From assembly GCA_963695555.1 (NCBI GenBank), contig CAVOGR010000007.1, forward strand, positions 795,216-859,215: a stretch of 64,000 bases of DNA. Reading direction: 5' to 3'. Both the position numbers and the translations under genes were made by a program. Positions 50,968-61,025 of this stretch are shown piece after piece (within the stretch, counting starts at the first letter, position 1; each line of letters begins with the position of its first letter). The stretch comes from an uncultured Gemmatimonadales bacterium. Lineage in GTDB: Bacteria; Gemmatimonadota; Gemmatimonadetes; Gemmatimonadales; GWC2-71-9. The notes beneath the pieces were generated by a model. That model had not been told where the DNA came from. It did not search any database and saw only the letters and a program-made list of their open reading frames with translations.

Positions 50968-52739
50968 ATGCAACTCGATCGACTGGATTGGGCCGTGGTC
51001 GCCGTCTACGGCGTGGTGGCACTGGCGGTGGGCCTCATGTTCACCCGCCGGGCCGGACAGGGAGTTCAGGAGTTCTTCCTCTCGGGCCGGAAGCTCCCGT
51101 GGTGGCTGCTGGGCACGTCGATGGTGGCGACGACCTTCTCGACCGACACGCCGAATCTCGTCACCGACCTGGTCCGAAACGGCGGCGTGAGCCAGAACTG
51201 GCTCTGGTGGGCTTTCCTCATTACCGGCATGTTGACCGTCTTCATCTACGCCAAGCTCTGGCGCCGCTCGGGCGTGCTCACCGACATCGGCTTCTACGAG
51301 CTGCGCTACTCCGGCAAGCCGGCCGCCTTCCTGCGCGGGTTCCGGGCGCTCTACCTGGGCATCTTCTTCAACGTGATGATCATGGCCACCGTTACCCTGG
51401 CGGCCATCAAGATCGGGAACGTGCTGCTTGGGCGTCGACAAGGTCACGACGGTCGTGCTGGCCGGCGGGGTGACCGTCATCTACTCCGCCACCGCGGGCC
51501 TCTGGGGCGTGGTGGTGACCGACTTGTTGCTGTTCGCCATCGCCATGACCGGCTCGATCGCCGCGGCGTACTACGCCTTGAACCTGCCCGAGGTGGGCGG
51601 GTTGGCCGGTATGGTGCAGCATCCGGCGCTCGAGGGAAAGCTGAGCCTGCTACCCGATTTCTCGGACGGCACCACCGTGCTCGCCGTCCTTGATCGTCCC
51701 GATCGCGGTGCAGTGGTGGAGCACCTGGTATCCCGGCGCCGAGCCGGGGGGCGGCGGCTACATCGCCCAACGGATGCTGGCGGCACGGACCGAGCGCGAC
51801 TCGTTGCTGGGCACGCTCTGGTTCAACGTCGCCCATTACGCGCTCCGGCCCTGGCCCTGGGTGATCGTGGCGCTCTGCTCGCTCATCGTGTATCCCAGCC
51901 TCGACTCGATCATACTGCGGTTCCCGAACCTCGATCCGTCGATCGTGCGGCACGATCTGGCCTATCCCGCCATGCTGGTCTTCCTGCCGCACGGGCTCCT
52001 GGGGCTCGCGGTGGCGTCGCTCGCCGCGGCCTATATGTCCACCATCAGTACCCATCTCAACTGGGGCTCGTCCTACATCGTGGACGACTTCTACCGCCGC
52101 TTCATCGCCCCGAACGAGAGCGACAAGCACTACGTCATGGTCGGCCGGGTGTCGACGGTGCTGCTTATCGTGCTCGCCTCACTCGTGGCACTCGTGCTCC
52201 AGAACGCGCTCCAGGCGTTCCAGATCCTGCTCCAGGTGGGCGCGGGCACCGGCCTGATCTTCCTGTTGCGCTGGTTCTGGTGGCGGGTCAACGCGTGGAG
52301 CGAGATCACCGCGATCTCGGTCTCGTTCCTGGTGGCGGTGTACTTCCAGTTCGTGCACCAGGCCTTGGGCTTTCCGGCGCTCGACCCATCGCTGACCCTG
52401 GTGATCGGTGTGGCCATCACCACACTCACCTGGGTCGGCGTCACCTTCATGACGCCGGCCACCGACCGGGCGACCCTGCAGAGCTTCTACGACCTGATCC
52501 ACCCCATGGGCCGCGGATGGGATAACGCGGTCGAGACGGACCCGAGCGCGCAGACGGGAAGCCTGAGCGCCGGTCTCCTCTGCTGGTTTTTGGGATGCGT
52601 TGCAGTCTACTCGGCGCTATTCTGCACCGGGTACTTCCTTTATGGCAACCTGCTGGCCGCGGCCGTAGCGTTGGTGATGCTGGTCCTGGCCGCGGCATCG
52701 CTCATCAAGTTGTTCCCGCGGGTCGGCTTGATAAGCTAA
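50968..52739 (+). CDS. Sodium:solute symporter, two apparent frameshifts (~51430, ~51690)
   Basis: SMVATTFSTDTP; GLWGVVVTD; GGGYIAQRMLAA, AAYMSTISTHLNWG spread over three consecutive frames. Confidence 0.85.
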
Positions 52740-52755
52740 GCGCCGGTACGGGGGG

Positions 52756-53973
52756 CTACAGGGTGGTGCTGGAGGCGCCGCCGGACGGCACGGCGATGAA
52801 CAGCTCGCGGGCCGAGGGCGGCCCGTCGAGCCGGGACGCGTAGTAGCCCTCCCCCAGCGCCGAGAGGATGTCGGCGGCGCGGTCTTTCGCCGTGAGCGCG
52901 ACCATGCACCCGCCGAAGCCCGCGCCGGTGAGCCGCGCACCGTAGGCACCGGCGGACAGGCAGAGTTCCACGAGTTGATCCAGCTCCGCGCAGCTCACTT
53001 CGTAGTCATCCCGCAGACTCTCGTGCGACCCTATCATCAACCTGCCGAACTGCGCCGGGTCGTTTCGGTGCATGGCGTCGATCGCCTGCGCCAGCCGGTC
53101 TGCCTCGGTGACCACGTGCCGAAACCGCTCGAGCAACGGAGCGTCGAGCGCGCGGTCGGCGACGGCCAGCAGCTCTTCCACCGACCGGCCGTTCATGAGC
53201 GCCGCATAGTTTGTCCGTCGCTCACCGTCCAGTGCTTCGCTCACCCGATCGAGCGCGGCGCGGCATTCTTCGGTGCGTTGATTGTATGCCGCCTTGGCCG
53301 CACCCGATTTCTCCGCCCGGATCAGGGTCGACCCCACGACGAAGGTCCAGCCGTCGGGGATGGGCACGTGCTGGAGCCTGAGTGGGGCGAAGTCGATTCG
53401 GCAGGCGTGGCCCGGCTTGGCGCCGACGCAGATGGCCTGGTCCATCCCGCCGCTCTTGGTGCCGACGTACACTTCGGCGCGGGCAAACTCATCCATGAGT
53501 TGCATCCGGTCGACCGTGGTGCCGTTGTGCGAGAGCAACGTGAGGCCGCTCGACACCACCAGGGCGGACGACGAGCTCAGGCCGGTCGCGACCGGCACCG
53601 TGCTCTCGAGCACCCCGTCGAACCCGTGGCGGACGCCGTGGTCGCGGTAGAGCGCCTGGGCCGCCGCCTTCACGTAGTTGCCCCAATGCCCCGGAGCGGA
53701 ATGGGGGATGTCATCGGCCAGCTCGAACTCGACCGCATCGAATTGGGCGTCGCGGTTCACCAGATGCACCCGCGAGTCCGGCCGCGGCCGCGACAAAATC
53801 GAAATGGCGTATTGAATGGCGATGGGAAAGACCGGCAGACCGTTATAGTCGGTGTGCTCGCCGATCAGGTTGACCCGGCCCGGCGCGCGGATCAGGTGTT
53901 TCGGGTCGGCACCGCCGAAGCTTTTGCGGAAGGTGTCGGTGAGCCCCGTGAGCTGATCGGCCTGGTCGGTCAT
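52756..53973 (-). CDS. galK: Galactokinase (GHMP kinase)
   Basis: APGRVNLIGEHTDYN, GLSSSSAL, GGMDQ, GARLTGAGFGG. Confidence 0.9.
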   Translation of the reverse strand: MTDQADQLTGLTDTFRKSFGGADPKHLIRAPGRVNLIGEHTDYNGLPVFPIAIQYAISILSRPRPDSRVHLVNRDAQFDAVEFELADDIPHSAPGHWGNYVKAAAQALYRDHGVRHGFDGVLESTVPVATGLSSSSALVVSSGLTLLSHNGTTVDRMQLMDEFARAEVYVGTKSGGMDQAICVGAKPGHACRIDFAPLRLQHVPIPDGWTFVVGSTLIRAEKSGAAKAAYNQRTEECRAALDRVSEALDGERRTNYAALMNGRSVEELLAVADRALDAPLLERFRHVVTEADRLAQAIDAMHRNDPAQFGRLMIGSHESLRDDYEVSCAELDQLVELCLSAGAYGARLTGAGFGGCMVALTAKDRAADILSALGEGYYASRLDGPPSARELFIAVPSGGASSTTL

Positions 53974-54175
53974 GGCGTCCTATGATCCGGGTGTGGTGAC
54001 GCAGCGGGACAGATGATCCTCCCACGCGTGGGTGGCGATCCGCCGGAGGCAGCGCGGGCACCGCATGCAGCACGGGGCCACGTGCACGATGCCCGGCTTC
54101 TCATGACACGGGCAGCGACAGTCCTTGCTGGTGGGATCGAACGGTGGGATGGTCAACGGTTACCCTTTACCTGCT

Positions 54176-54650
54176 TCAGGGACTATCGCTGTTCCCGATG
54201 TCCACGGCCACCCGCCACACGCCGGTCGAGTCGCGCCGCCAGATGGTAACGTAATGCCCCGAGGCGACGGTCGAGTCGCCGCCCTCCGAGGTCTTCACGC
54301 GGCTGACCCAGCGTCCGAGGGTGTATCCCATGTCGCCGCCAGCACCCACCGCCGCGTCGGTCGGGGTCCATTCGAGGCTCGGCCCGTCGGGGGTGAGGTA
54401 GGGGCGTCATCGACTCCCGGATGGCTTGTTGTCCGTCAATGCGGTCGCTCGAGGTATACATCACCCCATCGGGCAGGAAGTAGGCGGCCCACCCATCGGC
54501 CCCGCGCTCGGCGGTCTCGTAGGCGAACAGGCTGTCGGCGCGGAATAGGGATAGCCGATCGGCCTCGGTCGACCGGGGCTCCTCGCGGCCGACGCACGCG
54601 CCGAGCACGGCCAGGATGGCTGGCAGGGCAAGCCGTCCGATGCGAATCAT
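54176..54650 (-). CDS. DUF4440/NTF2-like lipoprotein, apparent frameshift near 54400
   Basis: LGAC lipobox; the shifted frame continues LEWTP..GDMGYTLG..GHYVTIWRR..WRVAVDIG. Confidence 0.7.
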
Positions 54651-54664
54651 GGAAGTCTCCGGGT

Positions 54665-55039
54665 TCAGCGTATGCCGGTGTCGAAGTCGAGTGTCACCTG
54701 AAGGGTGGTGCGCGGCTCCACCCGGACGGCGCGGGTCTGCGAGGTCGGCGCCATGAGCGGGGCGCTCGCATCGGGTACGATGGTGTAGTCGCCGGCGGGA
54801 AGTGCGATGGTGAAGCGTCCGGCCGCGTCGCTTCGGAATTGTGCCACCTCCCGCCCGCCGCTTCGTACGTGGAACAAGGCCGCAAACGGCGCGTCGCAGG
54901 GCACGCCGACCGTGCAGACCGGCTGGATGGGGCCTCGCAGCACCGTGCCGTCGATACCCGATCCGTCTTCCTCCAAGGCCGTGCCGCCGCAGGCGAGTGA
55001 AGCCACGAGCAGGGTGGCCAGGAGCTTGGGTCCGGACAT
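54665..55039 (-). CDS. Lipoprotein with carboxypeptidase-regulatory-like domain
   Basis: SLAC lipobox; GPIQPVC...SDAAGRFTIALPAGDY...DTGIR. Confidence 0.7.
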   Translation of the reverse strand: MSGPKLLATLLVASLACGGTALEEDGSGIDGTVLRGPIQPVCTVGVPCDAPFAALFHVRSGGREVAQFRSDAAGRFTIALPAGDYTIVPDASAPLMAPTSQTRAVRVEPRTTLQVTLDFDTGIR

Positions 55040-55161
55040 AAGACCTCCGACTACGTCTTGCTATAGGGTGGCTTGGAACGACCTGCGGACCTGGGTTCGG
55101 GCCGCGCCGACAGCCATGGAGACGAGTACGAGCGATTCCACCCCCACAATGGGCTCTGTCG

Positions 55162-55959
55162 TCATCGGTTGAGCCCTGCCACCAGCCGGCGCACGGACCG
55201 CCGCGGCAGGAGCCGCACTGCCCAGGTGCCGAACTTATTCGCCATACCGGGGACCACCAGGGCCTGGCCGCGCCGCCAGCCGCGGTAGCCCGCTTCCGCT
55301 ACGGCGCGGGCCGACATCGACGAGGTGCGGCGCAGGAGCTTCGACCCTTCGGTGCCGGCGCGGGCGGCGAACTCCGTCGCGGTAGGCCCGGGCGAGAGGC
55401 ACGACACCTTGAGGTTACTGTCCGCCACCTCCACGGCCAGCGCCTCGGTGAACGACTGCACGTAGGCCTTGGTGGCGTAGTACACCGCCATGAAGGGACC
55501 CGGCTGGAAGGCCGCGGTGGACGCCACGTTCAGGATACCACCCCGGTTCCGGGCCAGCATGCCGGGCAAAAACAGCCTGGTGAGCACGGTCAGGGCGGTG
55601 ACGTTGAGCTGGATCATGTCCAGTTGGCGTTGGAACTCGAGCTCCGCGAACGGGCCGCGGGCGCCGAAGCCGGCGTTGTTCACCAGCACGTCGACGTCGA
55701 TTCCGTCGGCCAGCATCATCTCGTGGATGTCGCGCGCGGCCGACGAGCGGACCAGGTCGCGGGCCAGGACCCGCACCGTAACGCCGTGGCGGGCGCGGAG
55801 TTCCTCGGCCAGGGCCAGAAGTACGTCGTTCCGCCGGGCCACGAGCACCAGGGTGTACCCGTCGGCGGCAAACAGCCGGGCCAGCTCGAGCCCGATGCCC
55901 GACGATGCGCCGGTGATGAGTGCGGTTTCCGGGGCAGCCGTCTGCTCAGTTTCCGTCAT
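55162..55959 (-). CDS. SDR family oxidoreductase
   Basis: TGASSGIG, NNAGFG, YYATK. Confidence 0.92.
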   Translation of the reverse strand: MTETEQTAAPETALITGASSGIGLELARLFAADGYTLVLVARRNDVLLALAEELRARHGVTVRVLARDLVRSSAARDIHEMMLADGIDVDVLVNNAGFGARGPFAELEFQRQLDMIQLNVTALTVLTRLFLPGMLARNRGGILNVASTAAFQPGPFMAVYYATKAYVQSFTEALAVEVADSNLKVSCLSPGPTATEFAARAGTEGSKLLRRTSSMSARAVAEAGYRGWRRGQALVVPGMANKFGTWAVRLLPRRSVRRLVAGLNR

Positions 55960-56047
55960 CGCCTTTCCTCGCGTCGCTTGCCACCTCGGTCTCTAGGCTG
56001 CAGCTTGGGGCCCTGGTGCACGAGTCCAACCCACATCGGAGGCTGTT

Positions 56048-56488
56048 ATGGCCCAGAAGGAACCGCAGAACTTTGCCAACCATGCCCGCTTGGTGCCGGG
56101 CTATCACTTCGTCGCTTTCGGTCTGTTGGCGATCAACCTCGTCTGGTCCATCCGCAACATCATCAAGGTACCGAGTTGGGACACCGCGGTCATGCTCGGC
56201 CTCGCGGTCGCGCTGGTGCTCCTCTTCTTCTATGCCCGACTCTTTGCGCTTGCGGCTCAGGATCGCCTGATACGATTGGAGGAGCGACTCCGGATGGCGA
56301 CGCTCTTGCCGGCGGACTTGAAGCCTCGCATCGGCGATTTTACCACGGCCCAGCTCATCGCGCTTCGTTTCGCGTCGGATGCCGAGCTTCCGGACCTCGC
56401 TCGCCGGGTGTTGGACGAGGGCTTGACCGACCGGAAGGCGATCAAGCGCCTGATCAAGGACTGGCGGGCCGACTACTGCCGGGTGTAG
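56048..56488 (+). CDS. Conserved hypothetical membrane protein (DUF6526-like)
   Basis: QNFANH, QDRLIRLEE, QLIALRFASD.E, WRAD..RV. Confidence 0.75.
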   Translation: MAQKEPQNFANHARLVPGYHFVAFGLLAINLVWSIRNIIKVPSWDTAVMLGLAVALVLLFFYARLFALAAQDRLIRLEERLRMATLLPADLKPRIGDFTTAQLIALRFASDAELPDLARRVLDEGLTDRKAIKRLIKDWRADYCRV

Positions 56489-56526
56489 GGTCGAGCTGGC
56501 CGATGGCGGCTTCCAATATATATAGA

Positions 56527-56566
56527 GGCACGGCAGCCCTCAGTGGGCTGCCGTGCCGTTCTTCTT
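56527..56566 (+). terminator. Intrinsic terminator (possibly bidirectional)
   Basis: Perfect 13-bp stem GGCACGGCAGCCC/GGGCTGCCGTGCC followed by GTTCTTCTT; between convergent genes. Confidence 0.75.
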
Positions 56567-56603
56567 CCGGATGTGACGCGCGGAAGGGCAGTTATCCTCC
56601 GGC

Positions 56604-57083
56604 TCAGCTTCCCGGCTCGACTGGAGTTTCTTCTAGCGCCTTCTTTTCTTGGATGAGCCGGTCCGCCAGCTGTTGGTCGGTGAGGCCGGCCTTGGCGCGG
56701 ATCTGCTTGATCACGTCGACCATGTGGGCTTCGATGGTTTCCATTTCCTTCATGGCTGCGTCGCTGTCGCGGAAGCCGCGGGTGGCGTCGATGGCGAGGC
56801 CGTTGAGCCGGCGGACGTCGGCGATCAGGAGATCGACCGTACCGCGCAGGTTCCGGTGCCGGCGGCGCTCTTCGACCGGTTCGATTCGCACCGACTCGAG
56901 CACCATCTCCACCACCCTGAGGCGGCCTGCCGCCCAGATGATCGCGGCCAGGAACAGGAGTCCAGCGCCGACCCGGGTTGCCGGATCGTCCACGTAGTAG
57001 AGGGTCAGCCCCAGGCCGATCACGGCCACGGCGAGGCCGACTGAGAACAGAATGGTCTGGAAAGTCCAGCGGAAGGATGCCAT
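56604..57083 (-). CDS. Hypothetical membrane protein
   Basis: Two N-terminal TM segments then a helical region; coding-like codons. Confidence 0.65.
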   Translation of the reverse strand: MASFRWTFQTILFSVGLAVAVIGLGLTLYYVDDPATRVGAGLLFLAAIIWAAGRLRVVEMVLESVRIEPVEERRRHRNLRGTVDLLIADVRRLNGLAIDATRGFRDSDAAMKEMETIEAHMVDVIKQIRAKAGLTDQQLADRLIQEKKALEETPVEPGS

Positions 57084-57358
57084 GGACGTCCCCGCCTGCT
57101 TGGGTCGGTAAGGAACAGCCCCGTACGAAGGTAAGAATCCGGGCCGAAAGCCGCCAGCGAGCGGCCCCGGGGGCCGCAGACCTGGCCGCAGCGGATAATG
57201 GGGTGGCAAGACTGAGGCCACCGCCTCGACCAGGCCAATACCGCTATCGGGCGGGCTCCGACCGGGCGGTGTTGCAGATCGCTCCGGTTGGATTCCGATG
57301 CCCCGAGCGGTGATTTGGTGCCGCATGAAGGCGGGGGACCGGCATATACCTCTTGCGT

Positions 57359-58323
57359 ATGACCATGGAGGCTGTGCTCGAGCGGGCGCGGCGGCTCATG
57401 CGGCTCCGGCATTACAGCCACCGCACCGAGGCGACCTATGTGGGCTGGATGGTCCGTTATCTCCGGTTCCACCGGTATCGCAATCCTATCGAGCTTGGCG
57501 GGGCCGGCATTGCGGCCTTTCTCAGCCACCTGGCCGAGCGGGGGCGGGTGAGCGCGTCGACGCAGAACCAGGCGTTGAGCGCCCTGCTCTTTCTCTATCG
57601 CGACGTGCTGGGCGTTCCGCCGGGGCACATCGGTGGGATCGTCCGGGCCAAGCGTCCCAAGAAGCTGCCGGTGGTGCTCACCAAGGCGGAGGTGCGGCTG
57701 GTGTTGGCGGAGCTGTCTGGTGCCAAGCGTTTGATTGCGGCGCTGCTTGTATGGCAGTGGGCTTCGACTGATGGAGTGTTTGCGGCTTCGGGTGAAGGAC
57801 ATCGACTTCGATTCCAACCGGATCATCGTGCGCGAGGCCAAGGGCGGGCGTGACCGGGTGACCATGCTGCCGGCGCGTCTCAAGCCGGCTCCTTCGTGCC
57901 CATCTCGAGCGGGTTCGAGCCGTTCACGCGCGGGACAAGGCCGAGGGGGCGGGTGGGGTGGAGTTGCCGGCGGCGCTCGGGCGGAAGTATCCGCGGGCCG
58001 GGGCCGAGTGGGGGTGGCAGTGGGTGTTTCCTGCGGCGCGCAAGTATTGGGATCGCACGACTGGCGAGCGGCGGCGCCATCATCTCGACCCGTCGGCGGT
58101 GCAGCGGAGTGTGACGGTGGCGGTCCGGGCGAGCGGGATAGCGAAGCGGGCCAGCTGTCACACGCTCAGGCACTCGTTCGCAACCCATCTCCTGGAGGAC
58201 GGGTACGACATTCGGACCATTCAGGAGCTATTGGGCCATAAGGACGTGAGCACGACGATGATCTACACCCATGTATTGAATCGAGGCGGCCGCGGGGTGC
58301 GGAGCCCGATGGACGTGATATGA
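57359..58323 (+). CDS. intI: Integron integrase, two apparent +1 frameshifts (~57748, ~57891)
   Basis: [42 protein letters not shown], IntI-specific insert [41 protein letters not shown]. Confidence 0.95.
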
Positions 58324-58483
58324 AGAGCTACCAAACTAGGTGGCGGTTTCTGCAGTCCATCTTGCCACCGTCCATCCCCTAGGGTTTCCCCTAGTCGGGT
58401 GGGGTTGTGAATGTGCCGAGGCGGTGGACCAGGTTAGGTGGGCGAGAGATTGTGGCGGAACTTGCCGGGACGTGGCATTTTTG

Positions 58484-58505
58484 TGCAGTCCATATCTCGT
58501 TAGAC
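58484..58505 (+). other. Putative attI recombination site (core GTTAGAC 58499-58505)
   Basis: GTTRRRY core not preceded by an attC arm; 6/7 complementary to cassette 1's own inverse core CTCTAAC. Confidence 0.55.
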
Positions 58506-58548
58506 GGACGGCCGTTAAGCTGACTAGATCAGCCACTAGAATCGAGAA

Positions 58549-58734
58549 ATGAACGTGATAACAGGGTTTCAATGCTGCTTCTGTGGCGAGCCAATCACGA
58601 AGCGGGAAGACGATCCCGTGACGATGGTGATTCCGCTCAGGGGTGGTGGGACGCAAGACCTCCGTGTCACGCGGAATGTCTCGAAGCGACACTTGCACCC
58701 TTCCTTTCCTACGGCATTCGGGGGCAGCCTCTAA
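58549..58734 (+). CDS. Cassette 1: small Cys-rich protein (probable Zn-binding)
   Basis: CCFC motif; the stop codon is the TAA of attC1; an overlapping frame reads CHAECL. Confidence 0.55.
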   Translation: MNVITGFQCCFCGEPITKREDDPVTMVIPLRGGGTQDLRVTRNVSKRHLHPSFPTAFGGSL

Positions 58735-58835
58735 CCGCCGCGTGCAGTGGGCGGGCCTTGCTGGTTTGAAGGAAGTCGTTGATTTGTGGGCAGGCGGGCT
58801 GAGATGGCCCGCAACTGACACGGGATTCGTTAGAC
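58729..58835 (+). repeat. attC site 1 (107 bp)
   Basis: CTCTAAC...imperfect inverted arms...GTTAGAC. Confidence 0.92.
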
Positions 58836-58843
58836 AGCAACGA

Positions 58844-59317
58844 ATGAGATTCTTTCTACCAAGCTGTATCGTAGCAGTAATGCCCTTTCTCGGGGCCGCA
58901 TGTGGGCCAGACTTGCGCCACGATGAGGCAATCGCGGAGAAGATCGCCCAAGTCGTCAGTGGTGGTGACTCCACGATAGTCGATCTAGCAGAGATTGCCG
59001 ACTTCCCCTGGGACCGAGCATTCATCTTTGGTCCGTACACCGCTACAAGCATGATCGACAGCTCCCTTGGGTTCCAATGCAACTGCGGGTCGCTGATTCA
59101 CAGCTATGATGGTGTTGCGCTTCTTGTCTTTGTGGAGTCTGGGACAGTGAAGTTCTACACAGACGTTTGGAGTAGCCAGGCCAACATCCAGCAGTTATCC
59201 GTTCCCGAGGGATACAGGCCCAGCGAGGCCTCGTTCTGCGTGAGGACAGAGGGGGTGCTGACGGACGGCTCTCTTAACCGGGTGCTTTACCACATAGGTT
59301 CGGACAAGTGCCGATAG
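58844..59317 (+). CDS. Cassette 2: hypothetical lipoprotein (157 aa)
   Basis: FLGAAC lipobox; FPWDRAFIFGPY; ORF fills the cassette; visibly lower GC. Confidence 0.8.
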   Translation: MRFFLPSCIVAVMPFLGAACGPDLRHDEAIAEKIAQVVSGGDSTIVDLAEIADFPWDRAFIFGPYTATSMIDSSLGFQCNCGSLIHSYDGVALLVFVESGTVKFYTDVWSSQANIQQLSVPEGYRPSEASFCVRTEGVLTDGSLNRVLYHIGSDKCR

Positions 59318-59327
59318 GGAAGTTGCT

Positions 59328-59434
59328 GTCTAACCACCGCGTGCAGTGGCCGGGCCTTGCCGGGGCTGAAGGAAGTCGTTGATTAGTGCAGGGGCGGGCG
59401 AGACGGCCCGCCACTGACGCGGGATTCGTTAGGC
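59328..59434 (+). repeat. attC site 2 (107 bp)
   Basis: GTCTAAC...GTTAGGC. Confidence 0.93.
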
Positions 59435-59460
59435 GCACGGCTCCATGTGGAGATCGAATC

Positions 59461-59871
59461 ATGCAGCTCCTGAGGCTGCGGACCTGGTCCGGCAAAGGGG
59501 TTGCGGTACTTTGGCTCGTGGTCGCCATCTACATGGCCATCCCGATTGTCCTCGCTGCCGTATCTCAAGAACCGCAGTCTCCCGACCCTGCCTGGCTTGA
59601 TGATTCGGCGCTCACACCCCAGGAGCGTGCAATTCGGGACTCACTAGTGGATTCTCTCAAGGCTCTCCTGCTCGTGGCTGCTGACAATCCTGAAGCTCAG
59701 AAGATGATTGGCGGGATCGTGGACGGTATAGGGCGGGCCGTTGACAAGACTGTCGTCGCATTCCTTGTACTATACTTCGGTCCGCTCACGGCGGCGGGAG
59801 CACTAACAGCCCTTTGGGTTCGAAGTCGGCCCCGGGATAGACGCGCAGTTCAAACAGAGGCCGGCGCCTAA
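59461..59871 (+). CDS. Cassette 3: hypothetical membrane protein (136 aa)
   Basis: GGAG SD, two TM segments, stop is the TAA of attC3. Confidence 0.75.
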   Translation: MQLLRLRTWSGKGVAVLWLVVAIYMAIPIVLAAVSQEPQSPDPAWLDDSALTPQERAIRDSLVDSLKALLLVAADNPEAQKMIGGIVDGIGRAVDKTVVAFLVLYFGPLTAAGALTALWVRSRPRDRRAVQTEAGA

Positions 59872-59970
59872 CCACCGCGTGCAGTGGCCGGGCCGTGCGG
59901 GTCTAAAGGAAGTCGTTGATTTGCTCACGGTGGGCGAGCTGGCCCGCCACTGACGCGGGATCCGTTAGGC
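59866..59970 (+). repeat. attC site 3 (105 bp)
   Basis: GCCTAAC...GTTAGGC. Confidence 0.92.
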
Positions 59971-60246
59971 AGACCGACGAGGCTCCTGCGCTCAGACGGG
60001 TTGCACAACTCCGCACTGGTTCGCCGTTCCCACCTGGTTCTCACGAGGCGATGAGGCTGTTCGTCAAGCCGCCGCGCGCGACGTTCCCGTGGACAACGGG
60101 TGCCTCGCTCCGGGTCGACGCCCGTGGGTGAGCGTACTCGGATGTCACGTCTCGCTGCAGCGCTTCTGCGCCGACTCGGATCTCGGCGGTCGGCCTCTGT
60201 GGAGCGAGCCATGAGCGCGCTGACGTAGCGATCGGCACTGCGGCTG

Positions 60247-60350
60247 CCCTAACCACCGTGTGCAGTGGGCGGGCCTTGCTGGGTTCAAAGGAAGTCGTTG
60301 AATTGTGAGCGGGCGGGCTAGAGCCCGCCACTGACACGGATTCGTTAGTA
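60247..60350 (+). repeat. attC site 4 (104 bp)
   Basis: CCCTAAC...GTTAGTA; same arms and loop as the other copies. Confidence 0.88.
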
Positions 60351-60918
60351 GCGGACAGGTCTCAAGTCTCTCGACTCGAGCACTTAACCGAGCGCACCAG
60401 TCGTTGCATGATCCGCTAGTCTGCGACATCTCGGCATCGACCGGCGTCTTCAACGGCGAGGATAGCCCACTCGCGGCTGAACCAGCCCGAGAGCCGTGGC
60501 GTTGACGGCTCCCTACTCGAGCAATGGACTGCGGGCGCTCGACGAACTCGGAGCGGAACCGACGACGTGCTCGCGGGATCCCGCGAGCAGGACAGCTTCG
60601 GTCAACGACAGTAGTGCACTTGGTCGGAACCTCAAGGCCGGCTGGAAGATCGACGTTCGCGATCCTGGTATCACCAGCGGTTCTGAGGTGGATCCGGCAA
60701 CCCGAGGCGCTGGCGGCACCATCTCCGGGATTGCTCGATGGCGCGGCTCGCAGGACCGCCGATCCAGACGACCACACGGACACTTGCGCCGACGTTCGGC
60801 ATGACCGGCAGGCGCGAACGATATTGCAGCTGAGTTCCGTCGCCGCGACGGCGCCAGTCGCCAATCTGAATGCGAGTCACCGTCGCCGGGGAAAAGGCGC
60901 TGCGGTAACCGGCTAGCG

Positions 60919-61025
60919 CTCTAACAACCGCGTGCAGTGGCCGGGCCTTGCTGGTTTCAAAGGAAGTCGTTGATTAGTGAGAGGGCGGGCGAGACGGCCC
61001 GCCACTGACGCGGGATTCGTTAGGC
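60919..61025 (+). repeat. attC site 5 (107 bp)
   Basis: CTCTAAC...GTTAGGC. Confidence 0.92.

Noticed and set aside
55624..56997. 457-aa ORF and similar long ORFs (e.g. 24077-25336, 29459-30709, 37663-38937, 46269-47516)
   Set aside because: These are shadow ORFs overlapping well-supported genes, expected in high-GC DNA, with no recognisable motifs.
57084..57358. LexA/SOS box upstream of intI
   Set aside because: No recognisable CTGT-N8-ACAG or GAAC-N4-GTTC site, and I do not know this lineage's LexA motif.
57735..57960. Programmed frameshifting or true pseudogenisation of intI
   Set aside because: No slippery heptamer is evident, and the same kind of one-base insertion affects unrelated neighbouring genes. 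Sequencing error is more parsimonious, though unproven.
60524..60916. 130-aa ORF ending just before attC5 (likewise 61848-62099 before attC7) as cassette genes
   Set aside because: The stop positions fit, but the starts are far from the cassette 5' end, no SD is evident and the composition is not protein-like. Not called as CDS.
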